From: an uncultured bacterium
Lineage (GTDB): Bacteria > Armatimonadota > Hebobacteria > CAIYQO01
Assembly (NCBI GenBank): GCA_964573385.1
Contig: CAZNLA010000001.1
Coordinates: 1-51,434 of the forward strand
Length of the DNA: 51,434 nucleotides
Reading direction: 5' to 3'
The notes under the pieces are model-generated. The model was not told the DNA's origin. It was given only the letters and a program-made list of their open reading frames with translations, and made no database searches. The number at the start of each line of letters is the position of its first letter. Within the stretch, counting starts at the first letter, position 1. Positions 7,539 through 18,100 of this stretch are shown piece by piece. The position numbers were made by a program, and so were the translations under genes.

Positions 7539-7697
7539 TAAATTATAAAAAAAGAATATAAATTAGTTCTGAATATTATATTTGGTGCATTATTAGTCGC
7601 ATTTTTCCCTGCGGTATGGGGTGCGTTTTGCTATTATTTAATTGCATTACCATCGCGTGTTTCCATTAGCATACTAATTGTCGGTATTATAATTGGC

Positions 7698-8279
7698 ATG
7701 ATTGCAGATGGCTTGTTGCGACGTTTTATGCCGAGTTTTGAAGTTTGGGAGCATGAGTTGACTCATGCGCTGGTAGGTTTGCTGTTTGGCATAATACCTG
7801 TAAAAATAGTTGTAAAAAAAGGAGAAGGCGGAATAGTAAGGCATAAAATCTACACACCGGATTGTCTTTATCCACTGGCTATAGATTTTGTATCGCTTGC
7901 ACCATATGTCTTACCAACGATAACTTTTCTAATGGTGGTATTTCGTCCAATTATTCATAGAGATACTATATCATGCTACGATTTTTTTATTGGACTATCT
8001 TTTGGATATCATATTCTTAGCACAATTCGGGAGTTTAAAAGTAGTTGGACATTAAAGAAATTCCCGAGTGCAGATACGGGTGAATTAATAAATTCAGATA
8101 TTGCTAAAACAGGAATTATATTCTCTACCATATATATTTGTACTGTAACGTTAGCCATCCATGGTGTTATGCTTGCAATAATGATAAAAGGTTATACAGG
8201 AATTAAAGGATGGGCAATACATGTATGGGAACCGACAATAAAGTTACTTGCGTCTATTGCCTCAACATTAGTGCGGTAA
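7698..8279 (+). CDS. Polytopic membrane protein with an HExxH zincin motif (putative membrane metalloprotease)
   Basis: WEHELTHALVG (HELTH at nt 7752-7766) plus several hydrophobic helices. The frame is open back to 7542 and encodes two more hydrophobic helices, but there is no ATG/GTG/TTG there, so the true start is probably upstream and non-canonical. Confidence 0.6.
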   Translation: MIADGLLRRFMPSFEVWEHELTHALVGLLFGIIPVKIVVKKGEGGIVRHKIYTPDCLYPLAIDFVSLAPYVLPTITFLMVVFRPIIHRDTISCYDFFIGLSFGYHILSTIREFKSSWTLKKFPSADTGELINSDIAKTGIIFSTIYICTVTLAIHGVMLAIMIKGYTGIKGWAIHVWEPTIKLLASIASTLVR

Positions 8280-8590
8280 TCTTAAATCGAATTTATGCTG
8301 ATAATATTAGCACAGAGGTTTCTCGCATAATGGTAATCTGTTGAACTTGTCGAAGCGAGAGTTCTGTAACTTAAAGTATCTCATAATTTTTGATAAAAAA
8401 TTAAATTATTGAAACTAAGAACTGTTTTGTAAAACATTTGAGATATTAAATATATATTTTTTTCTTTATATATTTAAAAAAATATTATGATTCTAAATTA
8501 GTAGACATTTACAGTATTTCTTATGTATAATTCAATAGCGCAAGGATAAGTGTTATTTATATAAACTTTTATATAATATGGGACAAAATA

Positions 8591-11500
8591 ATGTTAAATC
8601 GGCATTGGAGCTTTAATGGTATAATATTTACCATCGTAATATTTTTTACGATGGTGTCTCCTGTTGTTTATGGCGGTGATTTCAAACTTACTGACCCCAA
8701 TCACTATATAATTCTTGTTGATGCCAGTGGTAGCACTGTTCAAAACCAGGTAATTAGATCAGCATATTACAGTGCCGCATCAAAGTTAGTTAAAAATTTA
8801 TTCGAAGATGGGTTTAAACAGGAAGATACTAATATTCCCCGTTTTAAAACAGGCCGTGATTATCTGACGATTTATAATTTTGGTATCGGAAATGGTGGTA
8901 CCAGCAATGCTTATCAACAGATAAAATATTTTTACGATTACTCTTTACAGTATTTACATCCTATTTGCGAGGCAAATAAGAATGTGTCTCAGGATTGGGT
9001 TAAGTCAGTAATTTTCCCGAAGAAAACTTACAACTACTCAATTTATTCATGGGCAAAACCATTAGGACTGGAACATGCGGGTCAAGCAGCACAGAATCTG
9101 CGTATTGCCCATACATACCTTATTGTATTGACAGACGCAAAGCCAAATGGCATTTCTTTAAGTGATGAAGTAATTGAAATTGAACGATTTTCCAATAAAA
9201 AATCACGTGATCAGGAACGTTCAGTGCGTCGTGAAATAGCAAACGGATATTTTTGGGGATTACAATCTGGTGTTGAAGGGCTGGCATATGAGAAGCGAAT
9301 TACAAATAAATTGTCAGGTAGTGCCTGTGACATCTTTATCGAAGGATTTGAGGTTTTTTCCCGTGAACGTCAGCAATATCGATCTTCAGCAAAAGCTTTT
9401 GAACCGTTATCTGCTGCTAATATTCATTGGGTCGAGGACCGTGATGAAGACCCGGTAATAGTTGTTTCTTTGCCAATTTCACCGGAATTTAATAATTGGC
9501 ATGGTAACCTTTCGTCTTTGCAATATTGTCTGCATATCGGATCTGATAATTATGAATGGAACCAGCAAAATGTAAAAAATAACAAGGTTAAAATAACTTT
9601 GAATGGGAAAGCGCCTAAAGGCGGGAGCCTGTTCCTGGACCTATTCTCCAGACGTCTGGAGTCGGATAATATTCTTGGAGAAAGTGCCGTTAATTATCAT
9701 TGGCGTAGTAACATTATACTTCCAGACCGACCCAGTCAAACAATTTGGAATAAGACACAAAGAGCGCTAATAGTTATTGGGTTTATTTTACTCGCTGTTA
9801 TCATAGCATTATTAGTATATTTCGGTGTGTTTTTTCCACATGCATCATTCCTTGTTAATTCATGTGGCAAAGCATTTACTTTGGAATACGGTAATAAATA
9901 TCCAAATTTATCAATATTGGCTCCCAGGCATACCGATGAAATTGTTTTAAAGGTAAAATTAATTCACCCCATTTTACAATGGTTATTTGGGTGGTTACGC
10001 CAGGAGTCTATACAGATAAAATCTACAGATGGTAAAATAATATGGGCCATTCAGGATATGCCTGAAATACTAAAACTGCCATATAATTATAATACTGCAC
10101 ATGCCCAGTGGCAACAATTGCCATCAAAAGAAATTAAAATAGTCATCATCCATAAAGTTTATGGTAAGGAGATAACCCGTATGATTGATGTTACTCGAAA
10201 TGAAGCTATTAATGCGCCGGTAAACAATGGACTACTTGACCATATAATCTCGTTAGACCTTGGTTCAGAATCTATTGCTGCCGCGTATTTCAATACTCAA
10301 CTAGGCGGTGCTCAGGTTATTAATTTACAGGATGTAGCAACAGATTATTATACAGGTAATTTGGTTTATTATTTAAATAACAATTTAAAATCAAATAGGA
10401 TGAAGACCAAGATACAACTAATGGATAATGTAGTACCTGTTAATATCCCGCATTCACATGCAGATATTCTGTTACAGAATATAGCAAATGATTGTTTGTT
10501 TAAATATTTTCAACAGGCAGGATATGGTGGAACAATAAAAAAATGGATGCCAAATCCAAAAGTACTTTTCATGCGAGGTGCCGATAAGAATTTCTTGCCA
10601 TTTGTCAAATCAACGACTCCTGACAGTTATGTGAAAATGCCTCCAGAGACTTTGATTTCACATCTTATAGTACAAATAGTTAATAATTTTGTTATCCCAG
10701 CCCTTTATAATCAGATGTTCAATAATAACAACAATACAATAGCTAATACTGTTTGTTATAATTCAATTCCTAAAGAATCAATCCATCTGGTTATTACAGT
10801 TCCCAATGTTTATAGTTGTATGCATGTTAAAAAAATAATTGATTTTGTTAAAGGCAGATTAGGTTTTGGGGAAGTTACGTCATTATACGAATCTGAAGCA
10901 GTTTCACATTATATTTTGAACTCTAAAACACCAGAGAAAATAGGGACAGGTTTTGGTGACGCAAAAAACCCTTATATCCTTACAATTGATGTCGGTAAAG
11001 GTACGACAGATTTGTCTCTTGGACAACGCAAACTTGCTAGTGATAATAGGCAATATGCTGAATTAGCCAGAACTGGTATCTCTAGCGGTGGTAGCAGGCT
11101 TGATTATATTATTGTTAATCACTTAGAGGAAGTAATTAAATCTGTTTTTAAAAAATATGGTAAAGATTTAGTCGATACAGATACACCGCGGATTAGTTTG
11201 TTACGTGAGTCTGGTGGTACAGAGGTTACTGAAGTAATTACTGTTTTAACAGAAGGTATTCCAAGTAGTGATGGTGGTTTATTACTTGATTTAAAACGTT
11301 CAATGGATGAATATTTTTGTATCAACAGAGATATACTTTCTATAGAGAAACACCGTGAATATGCATTGGAAATTGCTAAAATATATTTAAAGAGTATGGG
11401 ACTCAATAAATTTTTTGGTAGAAATATTTCAGTTGATAAATTTAAAAAAGCATTAGTTTTTCGCGAAATCCTAACACGTTCATTATTATATTGTATAAAC

Positions 11501-12811
11501 GATAAGATTTTATCGTTTGGGAACTTAAAAGATAGGATTGATATATTTAATGAATTTTTACTAAATCTACTAAATAAATCACAGAATGTTAAATTAAATT
11601 ATGATATTAATGATATGAATGTATTCATGTCAAATAACGCAGACTTTGTGAAAGCATGTGAATATTTGAAAAAGAGAGTTAATTTGATTGACAGTTTAAT
11701 AGATTTAGATATAGACAATACAAAAACTCAGATAAATGATGCATATAAAGCAAGTACAGATGAGATAAAGCCTGTAGATGAAATACATATTCAAACTTTC
11801 ATAACATCACTTACAAAATTAAAACAAATTGCACAAAGTTTTTCATGGCAAACAAGCACATACGGTAAATTGATTGATGGAATGCAAAATAACTTTATTT
11901 TTGAAAATATTAATGAATATAAAAAAATGATTTCACAGATAGATGAATTAAATGATGATACTACTTATGCTGTTTTAATAAGAAGAATATTAGACAGTAA
12001 TAAAAAAGTTTTTGAAAATCTAATACCAATATTTAATATATTAATAGCAAAGGATCATCATGTCTATTTTACTAAAACTATCAAATCATTTGATGATATG
12101 ATAATTTTATATGAGAAATTAGCGAAAATGAAGTTTAATTGTGCATTTTCTCCTGAAAGACAGGTGAAAAACAACTTTAAAGACTCATTGAAAAATTATA
12201 TTAATTGTTCTATAAATGATCAGAAAGATAATCTATTTACAATGTTAGAATTATCAACAGGTGGAAAATTTAACAATATGAAAGATAACTTATATGTTGT
12301 AGTAGCTGGTCAGGCTTCTCAATTTAAACCTGTCAGAAAAGCGATTAAAGATATACATGGAGGGGCGTTTTTTCTGGAAGGAGATGAATCTAAAGATGCG
12401 TGTTGTTTAGGAGCAGTTTACCATATTGTTAATATGAACACTCGTCCTAATGCCAATTATCTATTTGGTGAATATGGAGTATATGATACCCAGATTGGTC
12501 CTGGTAGATATAAAAGGATATCTACATTAAGTTTAAACTCTCATCCGCATCAGGCTGAGGTTACCTTTGATAATAGTGCAGGTCGTTCTGTTATATTTTC
12601 AACACGAATTACTCAAGGTGATGAAGCACCTGATATCGAGGATAATATGACAGCAGTCATTATGCCAGTATCAGGGAAAAGTTATAATTTTGAGTATGAT
12701 CCTAAAAATCTAAATATTATTGTAAATGGCAAAGTTTTAGATCCATGTGCGGTAGGAAATGTAGATAAGAAAATTTATGAAAACTTATGGCCAGAGCAAT
12801 TACGCAAATGA
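8591..12811 (+). CDS. Giant vWA - TM - Hsp70/actin-fold ATPase fusion protein
   Basis: 1406 aa. The N-terminal signal/anchor is IIFTIVIFFTMVSPVVYG. The vWA MIDAS-like motif is YIILVDASGST (nt ~8720). The TM segment is ALIVIGFILLAVIIALLVYFGVFF. Hsp70-type motifs are ISLDLGSESIAAAY (phosphate 1, nt ~10254), LVITVPNVYS...YESEAVSHY, LTIDVGKGTTDLS (phosphate 2, nt ~10982), SSGGSRLDYIIVNHL and VVVAGQASQFKPVRKAI (nt ~12298). A long Asn/Lys-rich helical insert is present. Confidence 0.65.
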   Translation: MLNRHWSFNGIIFTIVIFFTMVSPVVYGGDFKLTDPNHYIILVDASGSTVQNQVIRSAYYSAASKLVKNLFEDGFKQEDTNIPRFKTGRDYLTIYNFGIGNGGTSNAYQQIKYFYDYSLQYLHPICEANKNVSQDWVKSVIFPKKTYNYSIYSWAKPLGLEHAGQAAQNLRIAHTYLIVLTDAKPNGISLSDEVIEIERFSNKKSRDQERSVRREIANGYFWGLQSGVEGLAYEKRITNKLSGSACDIFIEGFEVFSRERQQYRSSAKAFEPLSAANIHWVEDRDEDPVIVVSLPISPEFNNWHGNLSSLQYCLHIGSDNYEWNQQNVKNNKVKITLNGKAPKGGSLFLDLFSRRLESDNILGESAVNYHWRSNIILPDRPSQTIWNKTQRALIVIGFILLAVIIALLVYFGVFFPHASFLVNSCGKAFTLEYGNKYPNLSILAPRHTDEIVLKVKLIHPILQWLFGWLRQESIQIKSTDGKIIWAIQDMPEILKLPYNYNTAHAQWQQLPSKEIKIVIIHKVYGKEITRMIDVTRNEAINAPVNNGLLDHIISLDLGSESIAAAYFNTQLGGAQVINLQDVATDYYTGNLVYYLNNNLKSNRMKTKIQLMDNVVPVNIPHSHADILLQNIANDCLFKYFQQAGYGGTIKKWMPNPKVLFMRGADKNFLPFVKSTTPDSYVKMPPETLISHLIVQIVNNFVIPALYNQMFNNNNNTIANTVCYNSIPKESIHLVITVPNVYSCMHVKKIIDFVKGRLGFGEVTSLYESEAVSHYILNSKTPEKIGTGFGDAKNPYILTIDVGKGTTDLSLGQRKLASDNRQYAELARTGISSGGSRLDYIIVNHLEEVIKSVFKKYGKDLVDTDTPRISLLRESGGTEVTEVITVLTEGIPSSDGGLLLDLKRSMDEYFCINRDILSIEKHREYALEIAKIYLKSMGLNKFFGRNISVDKFKKALVFREILTRSLLYCINDKILSFGNLKDRIDIFNEFLLNLLNKSQNVKLNYDINDMNVFMSNNADFVKACEYLKKRVNLIDSLIDLDIDNTKTQINDAYKASTDEIKPVDEIHIQTFITSLTKLKQIAQSFSWQTSTYGKLIDGMQNNFIFENINEYKKMISQIDELNDDTTYAVLIRRILDSNKKVFENLIPIFNILIAKDHHVYFTKTIKSFDDMIILYEKLAKMKFNCAFSPERQVKNNFKDSLKNYINCSINDQKDNLFTMLELSTGGKFNNMKDNLYVVVAGQASQFKPVRKAIKDIHGGAFFLEGDESKDACCLGAVYHIVNMNTRPNANYLFGEYGVYDTQIGPGRYKRISTLSLNSHPHQAEVTFDNSAGRSVIFSTRITQGDEAPDIEDNMTAVIMPVSGKSYNFEYDPKNLNIIVNGKVLDPCAVGNVDKKIYENLWPEQLRK

Positions 12812-12822
12812 GGGATATATAA

Positions 12823-15066
12823 ATGCGAAAATTAATAATTAATTTATTTACTATGAAATATTTTATAATCTGCCTGATTATTCATTGTGTATCTGTAGTA
12901 CTATCAGTTGCAGCAACCCAACCCAGGTTGATATCTGTTGTACCTGGCGTAGGTTCAGATTCGATTCCATATACAATTAATATTTATATTGCTGTTAAGA
13001 AAAGCAATACAGATATTACCAAAAAAAGTAATGTCGAATTATGGTCAAAAAATGATGATAAGAAATTAGAACCTGATAAAAATAATGATAATGGGTATGT
13101 TTACGATTATGCCCCAGAAAAATCTAAGAGTTCAACATCTAAGTTTAAACTGATTATAAATATGTTAGAACCGAATTCCATTGCCGATGTTAATATTAAA
13201 ATAGAACAAAAAGGTGAGTTTACATTATATGTTGATGGCATTCTTATAGACGAGAAAACAAATATTTGGAATATAAAATTTAAACAAGACTATGCTAATA
13301 AAATTGAAAATGAAATCGTAACAAATAATATAGGAACTATAAATACTGATGAATCAACCAAGCTTGACACAATGCCGATTGGATATGCCGTTATTATTTT
13401 AATTATTACTATGATAGTTTTTTTTAGTATAATATTTATACAACAGCAGAAAAATGAAAACCAACATGCTTTTATCAAGAAGATTGGTGAGATGTTATAT
13501 GATGAGATATCTATTTTTGAAAAATATGAAAAGAAAAAAAATAATATTTCTGAAGCAAATTCTTTAACAACATTGAATCTTCGATGCAAATTTAGGCACA
13601 ATAATATATGCAGCAATAACAACGTTGATTTATCATTTCTTTCAAAGATAGTTTCATGCCTAATTAATCCTGTTTCTGATAGTGAAGAAGCAGATTCTAA
13701 TAAAGAAATAAAATTTAATATTTTTAATAGAATTTTAAAAATATTAAATGTAACCAAATGTGATGATACGGAGCAGTTATCGTCATTATTCTTCCAGAAG
13801 CAAGATTCAACTAATAATACCACTACAGATTTTCTTAAATATTTATTAGAAACTGTCAAAAACGAATCCAATCTTTTAGATGAAAGTAATGAAGCCATTA
13901 AGCCTATTACAAATAATGAAGATATTAATCCTATAACTAATAATGAAGTAAAGACTACTGGTACACTTTTTCATAATTTAGATTTTAATAAACAAATTGA
14001 TGAACTTTTAATCATTTTAACAGGGCATCAATTATATAGCAATAGTTCCAAGTTGATATCAATAGGTCATATTACTGAAATATTAAAAAAATTAAAGGAA
14101 TTAACACCTGATTCTCCAAATGATAGAGTTAAACATAAATATGATTATTACCTAGAGAAATTACTTAAAAATAATGATATGCATACTATGATGCATTTTT
14201 TTGTGTTAGATGTAACTAAAAAATATAATTTAAATATTTTTGATAAGGATGAGTTAATACAAAAGATAGAAAAATCAATTCAGATAGAAAATGATTGGAT
14301 ATCATGTAATATTCTAATAAATAAAAATGTAAATTATAAAGATGTCACATCTATCAAAGAATTTTATAAGAAGGTTACGGTTGAAATAAATACATTAACT
14401 GCAAATTCAAAAAGATTTGAAGAAGAAAATGACGAATATAGAAAATTAATTTCAGAAGAAAAGATAAAAATACAATCGTTACAGGATAAGATTAAAGAAA
14501 GTGAAAATAAAACTCAAACTAACGATCAAAGATATGCAAAATTATATCTTACATATGAACAAATTAATGAAATAAATAATGAAAATAAAAAAATAAGTCA
14601 ATTAATTCAACATGCTTTAAATTTTAGTAGTAATATTAATAGTTATTATAAAAATGAATCAGTATTTTTCGCAGTTTATTATTTAATGTTTTTTAACATT
14701 GTAAACTTAAGTAAAATCATAAATGATATTGATTGGCCAAATAACAAATATGCAATGAAAGCAATTCCTGTGTTTAAATTTAATATAATTAAATTGATTG
14801 ATAGAAACTATGATGATAATAATCTTGATGAAATTGTCAAATCTATTTTGAAAACTACCCAATCTATAGGTTCCAGTTATGGTGCTCATACATGGGCTGA
14901 GGATGAGTTACTAGTTCCTCCGGGAACGAACAAAATGCCATATCATGATGACATTTGTAATGCAATGGAAATCATCAACAGTGAGACACGAAGACATCAT
15001 CACCCGTTGTTTCTTAATTTTAATTTAGAAATAGTAGACAACGACATATATATAGCCAATGCTTAA
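12823..15066 (+). CDS. Asn/Lys-rich single-pass membrane protein with a predicted coiled-coil cytoplasmic region
   Basis: 747 aa. Signal-like N-terminus FIICLIIHCVSVVLSVAA and TM segment IGYAVIILIITMIVFFSIIFI. There are heptad-like stretches such as RFEEENDEYRKLISEEKIKIQSLQDKIKESENK. It starts 11 nt after the previous stop. I recognise no family. Confidence 0.5.
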   Translation: MRKLIINLFTMKYFIICLIIHCVSVVLSVAATQPRLISVVPGVGSDSIPYTINIYIAVKKSNTDITKKSNVELWSKNDDKKLEPDKNNDNGYVYDYAPEKSKSSTSKFKLIINMLEPNSIADVNIKIEQKGEFTLYVDGILIDEKTNIWNIKFKQDYANKIENEIVTNNIGTINTDESTKLDTMPIGYAVIILIITMIVFFSIIFIQQQKNENQHAFIKKIGEMLYDEISIFEKYEKKKNNISEANSLTTLNLRCKFRHNNICSNNNVDLSFLSKIVSCLINPVSDSEEADSNKEIKFNIFNRILKILNVTKCDDTEQLSSLFFQKQDSTNNTTTDFLKYLLETVKNESNLLDESNEAIKPITNNEDINPITNNEVKTTGTLFHNLDFNKQIDELLIILTGHQLYSNSSKLISIGHITEILKKLKELTPDSPNDRVKHKYDYYLEKLLKNNDMHTMMHFFVLDVTKKYNLNIFDKDELIQKIEKSIQIENDWISCNILINKNVNYKDVTSIKEFYKKVTVEINTLTANSKRFEEENDEYRKLISEEKIKIQSLQDKIKESENKTQTNDQRYAKLYLTYEQINEINNENKKISQLIQHALNFSSNINSYYKNESVFFAVYYLMFFNIVNLSKIINDIDWPNNKYAMKAIPVFKFNIIKLIDRNYDDNNLDEIVKSILKTTQSIGSSYGAHTWAEDELLVPPGTNKMPYHDDICNAMEIINSETRRHHHPLFLNFNLEIVDNDIYIANA

Positions 15067-15121
15067 GAATCGGGATTAAATACAATTAATACTGGTGATG
15101 AAATGTCACAAGAGGAGCATC

Positions 15122-18100
15122 ATGAATAATTTTCTTTACTTTGTTAAACAATATTACTTACTTATAGTAGTTGTTTTAATTGCAGGAATTTGTATCAAAT
15201 TATTAGTAAGTTCGACAACTTTAGAAATAGTGATTGTTTGCATATTATCAATGATGATGTTAATTTATCTTGTTAAAAACGAGTGTGCTATAGATGTGAA
15301 GATGTTATATGCGTATATATTCTTTGTATTTATAGTTGGGTCATTATTGCTATATAATCATTTAGGTGGCTTTTCTGCTAATTCTCCATTAATTAATGAC
15401 CGTATAGAACAAAGGTTATCATTTTTAGGTTTTTATGCTAAAGACAATACTTTTACGATATCTAATGGAGAATCATCTAAACAAGACGCATTTAATATTA
15501 GTGGTATGCAACAAAAAACATCTGGTTTGTCAGAAATATCGCTTACACCTGATGTTAAAAATGGTGAGACATCATCATGGGATATCAATGCCAAACCTAT
15601 AGATTATTGGAAATATCCGTTACGAATAAATAATAAATGTATAAATATAAATAAAAATAATATTTTAAAGGACAATTCGGTAATATCTTTTCGTTTACCT
15701 GGGCGTAATGATGTTGCAAGGTTAGTATATAAGTCAGATAAGTGGCATGAAGAATTAAAATATTTTGATAACGAGAAATATATTACAACAATTTCATTAA
15801 GAAATATTTTTACACGATTTAAATTAAAAGATGCGATGTCATTGGGTAATTTGTTAAGTAGAGCAGAAAAACAGATGTTTACTGGTACATGGAAGAAAGA
15901 TGGAAAAGTACCATTACTTACACAAGAAGAATATGCACCCATCCTAAAATCTTTAATAGTCAGGATAAATAAAGGTGATGCAAATAGTAATCTAACATTA
16001 TTTCCACCGGATATAAGTGAAACCAATAATGTTCCGGAAATATTTATAGACAAAAAAAGTTATGATATGACAAATAGTTTATCATCATTTTACACTAAAA
16101 ATATTCCGGTATTATCTTCTAATCAGAATATGAAGTTGATATATGGCATAGATCAAAATAAAAGTTTTAGTATGACATTACCGTCTAAACTAGTTCGCAA
16201 CCCACAATATCCTGGTCAAAAGTTTCTTTATTATTTATTTTCTACCCCTATAAAGTATCCTTTACCACCGGATATTATAAATTCCTTTTTCATTTCAAAT
16301 ACAGAAAAAGGATTTGCGGTAGATGGTATTTTACTACCTGCTGAAAATCTGGTTGTTCCTATTTATGCAAGAGGAGATTTTGATAAAGAAAATAACCTGA
16401 TTATTAAAGATGGTCAAACAACTGCCCAATACATATTAAATGATAAGGTACTATTAGGCAAACCAAATCTTGGTTTAGTATTGTCCGCCGGTCGCACTGA
16501 ATTGCCATCTTTTCTTGGCATTTCACCGGGAATCCTGGCTATTATATTATTCGCAATCTCTAGTTTCTTATTTTGTGTTGCTATTTCTTTCCGCAATAAA
16601 ACAACGGACACAAAAACTTTATCAATAATAGTTTTATTATGGGGATTAACAGCAATCATACTTATATTTAGATTGATAATTGGTTACAGGGCAGCATTGC
16701 TTCCTCCATTTGATGCCTATGCATCAGAGCTGGGTCATTTTGAAAAATCATACACTTTAAGTCTGTGGACACTACTTTTTATACCATCTTTATTAGCAAT
16801 AATTACAGTTGTCAAAACTAATTTTATAGAAAAAATCTTAATTTCAATATCCGGATTGAAATTATTTTTACATAAGATTGCTTTTATTGAAAAAATATTA
16901 AAATGTTTTAACAGTATATATAAAGGACAAAACCCAGTTTATTATATGAGAGTACTAATAATTATTATTAGTATTGCTTTCATAGGGATTGTCTCTAAAA
17001 TAAATAACAATGAGTTTCTCTTTCTAGGACAAGCATCATTAATTTTGTATATTGCTATTGTGCTCTCGTTATTCTGGGTGATGGAGTTTATGTTAAATTC
17101 ACCTACTAAAATGCAATGGTTGTGGTTTTTATTAATAATAGTCGAAGTATGTATTTTTTGGGGTATAGTTGACCCCGGTGCGTTAGTAATTTATTCTTTA
17201 TCAATTATACCAGTAATATTTTTTATTATTCTTGCTAATATCAAAATAACTGCGTCTCGAAAAAATCCATACACATCAACTCGTTGGGCAATTGTCGCGG
17301 TAATATTTTTGTTTATTTTATTCGTTTCTTTACCAAAACTAATTGCGAGTTCAAACAATGAAAAATGGTATGGTAATACTGCTGTTTATTACAGATGCTG
17401 GTTGTTAGGTGATAACGTAAATGATTTATTAACATCACCTAAATATCAAGATATGATTACTAAAGAGAAAAATTTTACCATTTTATCACGAAATCGTCAG
17501 CAAATGTGGCAGATGTTATGTTATGCGTCTGCTGGCAGACATTGCGATACCAAATATGGTTCTGCCCCATTAGCCCGTCAGGGAATGGATTATAAAACAA
17601 CACTGGTCGATTCTGTATATTCTACTTTTATATTAAGTGAACATGGAGTATTAATAGGTTGGTGTTTATCGTTTGTCTTTATAGTATTAGCGTCTATTTT
17701 GGTTTATTCTGCATATAAATTATCGTGTGCAAGGAATATTAACATCCGAGCCAGGGCACCAATTTTATTGATGATAGCTGGTTATTTTCTGTTTAATTCT
17801 TTGTATATGGCTAGTGCTAATTTGAATATGGTTGTATTCACAGGTCAAAATATTCCATTTTTAGGTGTACGGTCATTAGGAGATTTGTTTCAGGCAGGAT
17901 TTTTACTGTTGTTATCAGCATTCTTAATTACTTATAAAATGGATAAGATGTTAATAAATCAAAATCAAAATCAATCTTATTATAAAAAAGCATGGAGCGG
18001 GATAGGTATTTTTGGTGTGATAGCATTTTTATGGTATTTGGGTATAGGGGTAGTGTTAATGAAATTACCTGATAATTATACTCAACCAAATAATATTTTT

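Noticed and set aside
8405-8414. Isolated ATTGAAAC upstream of the vWA-Hsp70 gene, identical to the CRISPR repeat 3' handle.
   Set aside because: It is only an 8-mer in very AT-rich intergenic DNA with no flanking repeat similarity. It is most likely coincidence.
13290-16053. Long minus-strand ORFs 13290-13898 (202 aa) and 15604-16053 (149 aa). Similar antisense or alternate-frame ORFs occur inside the large genes (e.g. 9270-9458, 11119-11406, 16414-16659, 18640-18870, 19819-20151, 24616-25314, 28510-29588, 30902-32397, 37449-38044, 39544-40269, 44874-45764, 47601-49376).
   Set aside because: Each is nested in a much longer + strand ORF with recognisable domains. The Asn/Lys/Ile-rich codon bias of the sense strand removes stops on the antisense strand.
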